A stretch of 61,935 nucleotides of DNA, filler included, from Sphacelaria rigidula (Eukaryota): NCBI GenBank assembly GCA_964200075.2. It is 4 parts of 4 records of this genome, joined end to end, with 100 filler letters (N's around TTAATTAATTAA, not from the genome) between each part and the next. Parts side by side here need not be neighbours in the genome. Positions count along the whole stretch, not along the records: positions 1 to 15,410 come from CAXNAA020001760.1; positions 15,511 to 30,919 come from CAXNAA020001761.1; 2 more parts are not named here. One strand, 5' to 3'. Numbering within the stretch: the first letter of the stretch is position 1; each line of letters begins with the position of its first letter. Positions 9,759 through 18,808 of the stretch are shown here, piece by piece. Made by a program: the position numbers and the translations under genes. Under the pieces are notes generated by a model. It was not told the origin of the DNA. It did not search any database and worked only from the letters and a program-made list of their open reading frames with translations.

Positions 9759-11988
9759 CGGCAGCGGCTGATTCAGACCCACCCCCAGCCGTACACATTT
9801 ACTGGCACTAAAGATGCTGCTGCTGCTGCTTCTCGTGCGGGAGGCGGTCCGCGTTTCGACCGTGCGACAACACCCGCACCTTGCGAGTGATCGCCACCGT
9901 GTTGGACAGCGCTAGTACATTTTACCCGCCGATGAGTTTATGCTTGCTCGCTCGGCGAAGTTCTGGGAGATATATCTGTGCGCATCTCTCTGTGCGACCT
10001 GTGCACGTGGAGTGTGTCCCCCACGCGTAGCCACTGCTGGTGAAGGGATTGAAGCCAGCGTGGCTAATGCTAGTGATGGGCAACCAACCGTCTGTCCCAT
10101 GAAGAGCCCAACAGCCCATTTAAAATCGAGTATGATCTGTTCGCGAGTTGTTATCCCCATACAGTAGCATTTTCAGTACGAGTACATGTCACTTGTTTCC
10201 CCCTGTATTGGACGCTGGCTTCATTCCCATCACCAGCGGCAGCCACGCGTGCGAGACACACCCGACGTGCATAGCTCGCACGGAGAGATGCGCTCAACTA
10301 TATCTCCCAGCACTTAGCCTAGTGAGGAAACATAGACCCATCGGCGGGAAGTATGGACCAGCGCTTTCCAGCACGGTGGCTATCACGTGCAAGGTGCGTG
10401 GGCGTTGTAATTGTAGCACGATCGGAACGCGGACCGTCTCTCCCATGAGTAAGAACGGCAGCAGCAGCAGCAGCAGCAGCAGTATCGGCACCGGCTGATT
10501 TCGACCCACCCCCAGCCGCGTATATCTGCTGGCAAGAAAGATGCTGCTGATACTGCTGCTGTTACTTCTTCTCGTGCAGAAGGCGGTTCGCGTTTCGATC
10601 TGCAACAATACCCATACCCCCTTGCGCGTGATTGCCGCCCTTCTTGAAGTCGCTGGTCTGTTCGCGTGCTGTTTTACCGTCTCTGTATCACTTGTTTCCC
10701 ATCCTAGTATGCTCGATTAGAACAACGCGTGGTTTCTCGTGATAATGAAGTTGTGAACCGTCACTTCACCATCACTATCACGAAATGACTATCATTTCCC
10801 TTGTTTCGTTAAAACACCGCCTTATCCTTGTTTTGCTTATATCGCGTTCTGTGGGTTTTAATCGAAGTCTATTTTGTTTTTTGGTTTCGTTTGATTTCCT
10901 CATATCTTCTAATAGATAGCTCGCCTGTGACCATGGAAGGCGTGCGCATTAGATGCCCAGTACGAATGTGCCGCGCAGATATCGGAACGGTTTTTAATGT
11001 GAAGACAACAACAGCAACAACGACAACAACAACAGTCAGTCTACTGCATAAAGCAGAGTATTCTGTTGCCACGCCCGACTGGCGCTCTGAGCACTCAGTT
11101 GATCACCTGCTCGATGTTCGTACGGAAAATATTAGCGGAGTCGCCGAACGTACAAGGCGACTGCCCCGGTTGTCCTTTGGCGAACAGGGGAAGATGCCAA
11201 ACGTTCGCCCACACCCACTTCCCCAACGGATTGCCCTCGAAAACCTCCATTCGGCAGTCGCCCGCCGCCGCAACCTTTGGTTGCGGTCGCCTTGCTTGCT
11301 GTGGGGCCGCGATTCGGTGCCTTGCGGCGGAACTGCACCAACCTGATTTTCGCATGCAAACAACGGAGGACGATTTACACTCTGATGAGTGACGGCCCTC
11401 TAACAGTCGAAAATATGTTGTGGGTTATGCTCGCCACCGTTGGGCGCAGATGGTGGTGAGATAAAGCGCTCCAGTACTCTGCAACCATTTTAGGTTGAGG
11501 AGTGAAATCAGTACGGCAACAGTAGAACAGTGCAGCGCAGCAGTCAACGATACCGTACTGAAGTAGACCAGTACAGAACGGCAAAGTAAAGATGTGAACG
11601 CGGATGTAGTACACATTCATTCCAGCATAAAGGGTTGCGATCCTTGAAAGGCGAGTGTGTTCAAGAAAGATGCGACAGTGTGCGCTCTCAGATTTTAGGT
11701 TCAGCACAAACTACATGATGCGAAAAATCGTCGCGTGTTGTGTATGGAGCTTAGCAAGGTCATGCACTGTACTGTTGCTCCTCTCCTACAAGACCAGGCG
11801 GGTTGTGCATGCACTTGTAAAACGAACCAACAGGCAGATAGAATATACTTACCATGCTGAGTGAAAGATGATCCACCTTGCGCAGGCGCAACGAACGCGA
11901 AGGCAGCCGCGGACGATATCAACCCCAGCAGTAGAAGCGGCACTTCAATACTACGGGAGAAGGCCTTAGCCGTCTCCATTTTTGACAT
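2228..11988 (-). CDS. CYP97: CYP97-family cytochrome P450 (carotenoid hydroxylase, LUT-like), plastid-targeted, 10 exons, ~651 aa
   Basis: Hand-spliced exons: 11988-11853, 11342-11107, 7790-7683, 7345-7112, 6631-6534, 5679-5520, 4267-4133, 3642-3410, 3034-2685, 2493-2228 (1956 nt, frame kept at every junction). Motifs: I-helix [12 protein letters not shown]-helix ESLR(MYPEPP), PDRF, heme [14 protein letters not shown], and CYP97-typical [48 protein letters not shown]. Alternative in-frame ATGs at 11979 and 11994. Confidence 0.95.
2685..3034 (-). CDS. CYP97: CYP97 exon 9 (ExxR, PERF region)
   Basis: [26 protein letters not shown]...FDPDRF...DFAFLPFG(G); CAG/GTGAG. Confidence 0.95.
3410..3642 (-). 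CDS. CYP97: CYP97 exon 8 (I-helix)
   Basis: [44 protein letters not shown]...DDI(K); CAG/GTAAG. Confidence 0.95.
4133..4267 (-). CDS. CYP97: CYP97 exon 7
   Basis: [53 protein letters not shown]. Confidence 0.93.
4441..4708. mobile_element. MITE-like inverted-repeat element in CYP97 intron 6
   Basis: Imperfect ~40-bp TIRs (TTCACACGTCGGACAGATCGTGATC / GATCATGATTTGTTCGACGGGTGAA). Confidence 0.5.
4998..5411. mobile_element. TA-flanked MITE (Tc1/mariner-Stowaway-like) in CYP97 intron 6
   Basis: ~38-bp TIRs sharing AAATCTGCACTTGT / ACAAGTGCAGATTT; TA at 4996-97 and 5412-13. Confidence 0.6.
5520..5679 (-). CDS. CYP97: CYP97 exon 6 (GC splice donor)
   Basis: [53 protein letters not shown]; donor AAG|GCAAG. 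Confidence 0.92.
6534..6631 (-). CDS. CYP97: CYP97 exon 5
   Basis: [32 protein letters not shown](S); CAG/GTGAT. Confidence 0.92.
7112..7345 (-). CDS. CYP97: CYP97 exon 4
   Basis: [43 protein letters not shown]...WLNAM; CAG/GTGAG. Confidence 0.95.
7683..7790 (-). CDS. CYP97: CYP97 exon 3
   Basis: [39 protein letters not shown] acceptor, GTGCG donor. Confidence 0.9.
9441..10118. repeat. Long near-perfect inverted repeat (foldback) in CYP97 intron 2
   Basis: Arms 9441-9714 and 9845-10118, 6 mismatches in 274 bp; inner (CAG)n/(CTG)n tracts extend the stem; loop ~55 nt. Confidence 0.97.
10212..10655. repeat. Diverged tandem copy of the intronic foldback, right arm truncated
   Basis: Colinear with 9499-9915, including the loop CGGCTGATT..GACCCACCCCCAGCCG and the CAG/CTG tracts. 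Confidence 0.85.
11107..11342 (-). CDS. CYP97: CYP97 exon 2
   Basis: TCAG acceptor, CAG|GTGAT donor; [37 protein letters not shown] joins IYGDEPS in frame. Confidence 0.88.
11853..11988 (-). CDS. CYP97: CYP97 exon 1 (signal peptide + ASAFAP-like motif)
   Basis: [41 protein letters not shown]; donor G|GTAAG; phase 1 matches exon 2. Confidence 0.8.
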
Positions 11989-12259
11989 GATCATGTACAC
12001 TTTCTCTTGATCACCGGGTTGCTCCAGGCAACCAAAACACTATATGCCTACTCCTGACTATACAAGATTTCCCAGACGAACCCAGGAGCGTCCTCCCTAG
12101 AGACTTGGTCTTAGACACGCCGATCAAAATAGTAGACCAGGAACACGGGCGGAGGGATTGCCGGTACTGTTGACTAGCTGCTTGACGATAATTCGCAATC
12201 GATTCCGTGGAAAATGACTAATCTTGTGTTGAAAAACGTACGTGGAAGTATACTGAATT

Positions 12260-13462
12260 TTGTCCAGAGTATTTGAAGAACAGCGCTCGGCCGGACTGTA
12301 TTGTTTGTGCTGTGTCCTTCCCTGTTGGCGCGCCAACGCACCGCAATCCCTCGCCTTTGCGGTCGCCCCGTTCAAGCCGCCGCACATGGGATACAGGAAA
12401 ACGGCACCTGTTTTTTTGTTGAAGGGAGGTGGAGTAGGGGATAGGGACAACCTCGCAAGTGCCATCGCATCGAGCGGAACGTATTTTAGGCCACAGAGGC
12501 TCGTGTCAAGTCCTTTGTGATATCACGAGGGCAAGAAGGGGAGAAGTGCTATGGAACGTGGTAGCGCTCCAGGAGACGGTCTCGAACAGTATATGTTCAC
12601 GGGAGGATCCCCGACGCCAAGCCCATTCCGGCTTGGTGGCTTGGGCGGAGGCGGGGGGGGGTTGTGGGATGAGGTGGAGGTGAGATACATCACTATGATC
12701 TTGAATATAAGAGTCATTTATCTGAGGGATTTATAGAAGTAATGCCCGTATATACTTGTTTATTTCTTGAGTATTATGTGTCGACGTTCGCGTGAGAGGT
12801 CCATTTCAATCCTACAGGCGACTGACATTGCTACTTGTACAGATACAGATGACGGTACGTCGCGGAGCGTAGTAGTCTGCAGATAGAACTTTCAGCTTTC
12901 TGGCTTACTCGATAGCTCATATTTCCCCCCCAATTCCACTCGAGTGTTAGTGTAAGCTCTCGGAAGAGGCTGTAGATTTACTAGGCTTGTAGTGGAGTAG
13001 TCCAGGATCGAAACCACAGGAGCTGTCTGGCCCATGCAACAAGTCACAGGTTTCAGGTAACATGGACTGCAATATGTTATACCGTCGTTCCTACTGTTGT
13101 TTTGACTGTCCTACCTGTCGTCTCTTGGTCTCTTTTGAGGATATTTAAAACACACTCGTCGGGGGTATGAATCGTGCTGCAGCACTCGTACACCATATTA
13201 TTTTCGAACCGTACATACCCCCCTCACATCCATGTTGTCAGGATCCCGGAAAGTTTGGGGCAAAGCGGAAGCACGAAGAGCTGAACGACGAGCTACTGGC
13301 TTTGATCAAGGTGAAGAACGGGGGTATAGCTATTAATGATACCACAGAGCACAACAGTACTGTACTCTTCCGTGGTGTTTTGAGTGTTGGATTGGATTGC
13401 ACTGCGACTGCTCGTACTTCCCTGTTGTCCAGGTCCCATGTTCGTACTTTCGCTCGCCATGA
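12260..13462 (+). pseudogene. Possible small or decayed gene divergent from CYP97
   Basis: ORFs 12260-12520 and 12551- share a frame, separated by TGA. Phase-0 donor at 12679 (GAG|GTGAG), exon 13242-13310 (DPGKFGAKRKHEELNDELLALIK), possible last exon from 13433. No recognised domain. Confidence 0.3.
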
Positions 13463-14087
13463 GGACACGTGGGAGATTGGATTTCAAGTGGTGACATCAA
13501 AGCATAACGACCGTACCCTGTATCAATGCACAAACAAAACTGTACTGACTGCACTATAACGTACAAGAGTTGGATTTGGTGATTAATTTGCCCTTTACAT
13601 ATCACTACAATATAATACTGTCCGCGGAAGACAGAACAGACTGTGGCCATGCGCTGTCGGCGGTTCTCGTCGTTGCCTGTGGTGATTACAAACTTTATGT
13701 AGCAAGTCACGAGCGTAGTGTGTATTCCGGGGGCGGTATCCATTTATTCACGGGCAAACTCAAATCGCGATCGTTAGTTCCAGTTGTTTTCGAAAACCAA
13801 GTTCATGACCTCTTCACCCTACCGCTTCCCGCGTCCTTCGGACCCCTTGTCTAAAAAAAGTCCCTGTGGACGAGGAAGAATCCTAACAATTGAAGAAGAA
13901 AAAATGTTCGGGAAAACTGAAGGATGGTGCACGTGAGAGGCCCGCCCGCGAGGAGACGCGACAAGCACGTCCACAGCAAGTACCCCTCCGGGAAAATCTA
14001 CATTTTTCATGTTTGAATATACATTCGAATGCCTATCATGTTGCCTGTGGTGAGTCTTCCTCCGCGAGCATTTCCCTCAACACTTAA

Positions 14088-14379
14088 CCCTTAGACCGCG
14101 AGGTTAGTCTTCTGTTGAATCGGCACCAATGGCGAGTGAAAAAAAAGTTTGCATGATCCAGAAAGACTAATCTCGCGGTCTAGGGGTTAACCGTTAGACC
14201 GTGAGGTTAGTCTTATGTTGAATCGGCATCAATTTCAACTGAAGAAAAGTATGCATGGTCCAGAAAGACTAATCTCGCGGTCTAAGGGTTAACCACGATG
14301 CGGCATCAGGATCGCGTATACTTTTTTCAAGTTGACTTGATGCCGAATCAACAGATGACCCATTCTCTTCGTCAAAGGG
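14088..14379. mobile_element. Cluster of three ~90-100 bp piggyBac-type mini-MITEs sharing TTAA sites
   Basis: TTAA-[14088-14186]-TTAA-[14191-14288]-TTAA-[14293-14379, inverted, degenerate]-TCAA; TIR CCCTTAGACCGCGAG..TTAGTCTT / AAGACTAATCTCGCGGTCTA(A/G)GGG. Confidence 0.8.
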
Positions 14380-14559
14380 TCAATTTTACCTCTCTGGACG
14401 TATGTCTATGTCGCAAGAAGAGGTTGATCAAGCAATGAATCAATCAACAAATCAACCAATTCGAGGAGAAGAGTTCACCACAGTTCGCCTATAAATTTAG
14501 GACGGTTGATACATTTCAACCCCAACCCAAACCCAGGCATACCGAGATTCCTGGGGCAA

Positions 14560-15100
14560 GGGGGGCACAAAGGATGCCCTAGGCAATGTGTGCGTTGGCA
14601 GACCTGACATCGGCGCCGTCTTCTTGGACAAGAACCCGTTTCGAGCACTGAGCACGCTCAGCCGTTTGGTCACGAGGGTAGGTAATCTGGTCATGCGTTC
14701 ATTTTTCAAGTGAAATTGATGCTGGTTTAACGGATGACCTGTGCTCGCTGTCAAGGGCTTGGAAGCGCTACTCGTAGGGACGGGCGCCCCATTGTATCCT
14801 TCCCCCCCACGGTCCTGAAGCTGCTCTATGGTCACTTTGGTCACTTCGGTCAAGCAGAATCCTTCCATCATCTGCATGTGAAAGTGCACAGTACCTAGTT
14901 TACCTCTGCACAAAATAGTACAAGTTAACTGGCTGAAAGATACTTCATACACGAGTGGACTTTGCGCTACCCGTAGTTCCCGCGCACGGGACCTCATGAC
15001 ATGGGAACAGCGAACAGTTCCAGGGGTCGACCGTTTTTCTGAAGGATCAATCGATAACCCGACTCAACCGAACGTGAAGCTGACCCCCAGTTTGTCCCCC
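14560..15100 (-). mobile_element. Degenerate Replitron-like HUH (Rep) endonuclease remnant
   Basis: Motif-I-like VSFTFG*VGLSIDPS (15084-15040) and HUH motif GTVHFHMQM (HFH at 14886-14878) in one frame; possible decayed motif III at ~14636-14612. Confidence 0.4.
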
Positions 15101-15114
15101 TGGAAACCGCGCAA

Positions 15115-15410
15115 CTGGTAGCCTTTGTCCAGTGTGTTGTCGTCCCATTTATTCTGTACGCTGGTCTACACCTTTCGCCATATGTGGGCGCACCAGCCGG
15201 GGTCACACAGGAGAAAGGTCAACACAGGAGTCCTTTCTTTTTTGTTTGCTTTTTAGCACTCCACCTTCCTGCGGTGCTTGACTTTATTTTTTATCGCGAT
15301 TGGGCTTCAGCAGTCCCGTTCCCTCGTCGACCGTGAAGTCGAATTTGGTGTACTCACGAAATAGTCGCTCTCCACTGTTGGGCATGGTGTGAGAAAAAAT
15401 CCCAGATCGC
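15115..15410 (-). mobile_element. tRNA-derived SINE-like repeat, 5' end lost in gap
   Basis: Reverse complement aligns with 55320-55575 (GGAGAGCGAC..CGACTT..CGTCGACGAGGGAA..CCTGTGTTGACCTT..CGCCC.CATAT). Confidence 0.65.
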
Positions 15411-15510
15411 NNNNNNNNNNNNNNNNNNNNNNNNNNNNNNNNNNNNNNNNNNNNTTAATTAATTAANNNNNNNNNNNNNNNNNNNNNNNNNNNNNNNNNN
15501 NNNNNNNNNN
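15411..15510. other. Scaffold gap with TTAATTAATTAA linker
   Basis: N44-TTAATTAATTAA-N44, identical to the other two joins. Confidence 0.98.
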
Positions 15511-16357
15511 GTTGTGTTGGGGGAGTGTGGTTTGGTATTGCGCTTTTGTCGTGTTTGGGGCTTTTTAAAGTCTATCTTTCCTTATTGGCACGAGTCTTTT
15601 TTCGTCGTCTCAAAGAGTCACCCCATCTTCCCCCTCGTAGCACGCGCTTGCAAATTGTTATCATCATCGCGGATTCAAGCAGCACTCCCGCACCGCCTGA
15701 ACCCTCGTCAAAGATACTTGTGTTGCTCCTGACGCCCTCACGTTTCCGACGACAAGATCAGCTATTTCCAGAAAAGCCCGAATGCACCTGCTGGGAATCG
15801 ATTCGGTGTTTCTGCGACCTGATTGATCGATTGATTTGTTTGTACCATTACTAGACAAACGGCGCGCTGCGACTCCATCTACAGAGACACAAATTTGGAT
15901 GGGGGGAACGGGTATTCTCAATCCAAGTGATTAGGCCTATAAGAGTCATGCCGCTATAGCCCCCCCCCCCCCCCCCCATGGTTAGACACCCATGAGGCAG
16001 TGTAAAGGCCGTGGCTGTCTCTGGAAGAAGTGGTGATGATACCACAGAATAAAGTAACTCATTGTTGACTGTCATCCAAATGCAAGATAATCAGTAGACT
16101 TCGGGCCGAACAATCTTAGCAGGATGCAGCTCACCCTTGATGCGACTCGCCGAACCTACCACGGCGCTTCGCGCTTGGTGACTGGGTGCGAGCCTGGTCC
16201 GGCGAAAACCCGGCGTGCTGCGTCTTGGCTTTGTAGGGATGCGAGATCAATGATCTGATGACTACGGCATGCACGATCATGAGTACACCCCCCTCCCCCT
16301 CAACAAGCCCCAAACCTGCCAGGAAGATGGCCGCATGTAGCGTAGTTTGATGAGAGC

Positions 16358-16832
16358 TGGTTTCAGGCTGCATGCGCTTCACATGGGCGACGTTGGCAAA
16401 AAACGATCCCAAGCGTGGAAGTTCCTAGTTACTCTGTGTGCTCGGCTTTTGTCATTTTGATTTATACGTTGATTTTGCCTGAAACCAGCCACTTTTGGGG
16501 AGGAGTATGTCGCATTACTCTCACCACAGGTTATACTCAGATCTGAAACGAAGCTGTTTCGCGTGTTGAAAGTATGTTCGCGGACTCGGAGCAAAGGTGT
16601 ATACCAACTGTTTTCGAGAACTTGGTGCGAGTTGACGACTAATAATGCCGTGATACCCCTACCCCCACTCCCATCCCCACCGCCAACCAGTCCAAAACTG
16701 TCACGAAAAAAGCGGTCATACAGCGCAAGATGTCTGGTTTCAGGTTGCATGAGGCGCCTCACATGGGCGACAGTTGTGGCGAAAACGATCCCAAGCGGGG
16801 GAATTCCCAGCTGCTGATTGTGCTCGACTTTT
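16358..16832. repeat. Diverged ~95-bp direct repeat pair
   Basis: 16358-16450 vs 16735-16832, sharing TGGTTTCAGG.TGCATG..CACATGGGCGAC..AAAACGATCCCAAGCG. Confidence 0.75.
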
Positions 16833-18808
16833 TCCATTTCGATTCCCGGGTAGATTTTGTCTCACCAATTGGGGCGGGAAGCTATCATAGCATTAGTCTG
16901 ACCCCAAGTCAGACAGATGAACTGATATACTTCAAAACGCCAGTGAGGCGGGTTGACGTTGGGAGTTGTATGGACGCCGCATCGCACGCTACAGGGGGGG
17001 GGGGAGAGAGAGAGAGAGAAAGATCAGTCCACCGAACAAGCTGTCACTTTTTTGTACATGACTCCTGCGGCTGCTGCTGCTGCTGCTTGCGAACGCCATC
17101 ATACCGCCTTCGTGGTGGTTCTCCCAGTGTGTGGCGGCCAACAAGGTGGGGACAGGAGAGAGGGGGGGCTGGCCTGAGACGTAATATGCCGCCGCCGTGT
17201 TGCAGTCATGAATTTGCTCGTATACGAGTATTCATTATTCGCAGTACAAGCATGTACTGCGGAAACGTCATTTTTTCTTGTGCTCTCGCGCCAAAAACCA
17301 TGGAGTCAAGCCTGACTGGAAAACCTGGCACGAAAAAATGATATATCCTACACATATGCATACATGTATGTCGTTTGTGGAGCAAACCACCATCCAACTT
17401 GAAAATCACAACCCCCACCACTACCAACTCTGAGTACAAAGTGTATACAATAATCCTTGTTTCATGACAATCAAAAAATATGTACCGTTCTTTGTTCAGG
17501 AGGAAGCGACGTTCATATCTTCTCGCCTTCTGAAAACGGATTCAAAATTGGCTTGAGAAAATTGCAAAGCACGAAGCTAGCTCTCTGTACAATCGCACAT
17601 CAAATGGAAGGTAAGCCCAGATACATTCCCCGACACAGCCCCATGTAACGATGACGTGACGAAGACGAATGAGGACAAAAATGCAAACCACCATCCAGCA
17701 CCAGTTCGAGAACATGGCGGATGCACTCTGTATATATATACACATATACATATACATATACATATACACACACAGGTGTACCCTGTGTGACGTTTCGCCC
17801 CTGCTCTCTCTTGTACGCCTATCGAGGGTACATGCACGCAACAAGCTCAGTGAGAAACTCCAACACATTCTTCAAATACACGAGGCTCGACATCGGTTTT
17901 CGTGTGGCCCGCATGTTATTCATCGTTGTACCCGTCTTCTGCTACTTACTGGCTCTGTCCCATGTGTATATAATCGTGAGTTTCCTTAGCTTCCAAGCAC
18001 CCTTGCATGGGGGCAGACCTCCTAGTTTTCTCAGTGCATTCCAGCAGGGACGACCACTCTTCTCGGCGCCATCAGCATGAAACGGCTTCGGAACCCGCGA
18101 TTCATATCGGCGTATTTTTCCCCATGTGACTCATCACTTCGAGATAACGCGTTTTTGTAGAGGGGATAAATATAGAGGCTTCCCACACCTGTCCAAGTGA
18201 TCGATCATAATATTTTTATATATATATATATACGTTCAGTAAAAAACAGATTTACTAATCTGTTCAGGATAAACCTTTTCATGTACTTTCAGTAAATCAG
18301 TAAACCAGTTTGCGGTATGCCGGGACATTCGGCGGCGGCTCTCACCGGACATCTTCTCCATGGCAAGGGGATGGCGGGCGTATTTGTCGTTTTGGCCCTG
18401 AGAATCGTAATATTTACCTTGTTCCGTAAATGCATGAGTAGCAAATGACCGCGATCTATACTCATTTTCATTTCGGGATAGAAAATAGAAAATAGAAAAT
18501 GAACAATAAAAAATCGAGCCGTTTCTTGGGGCACAGGTTGTACTATATTCTCAAGAGAATATTGACTCATCACATACCTAGGTGCTTTTCAACAGTAGGT
18601 CCGCACTTTGGACACCTGAAAAAAAACTTGAAAGAAAAACAATAACACGGTACAATACTTACGAAAACCGCGCCCCCACTTCCGCTCCCCCCCACACACA
18701 ACTACAACGCCAGCACACTCCATAATCAATCTATATCCACACGCCCGCCGTTTCCTTCCCCACAAAACTTGTTTTCGGCGCCGCCCACCATATTCTCTTT
18801 CTATTATA

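Noticed and set aside
9347-10608. Mirror-image ORFs inside the intron-2 foldback as a protein-coding gene
   Set aside because: They arise from the inverted repeat; differences between copies are largely non-synonymous or create stops in the frames examined.
12518-12520. In-frame TGA as selenocysteine
   Set aside because: No redox motif (CxxU/UxxC) context, no selenoprotein similarity, no SECIS identified.
15411-15510. Recurring TTAATTAATTAA motif (also at 30964 and 46472)
   Set aside because: Embedded in N runs of identical length; an artificial six-frame-stop scaffold linker.
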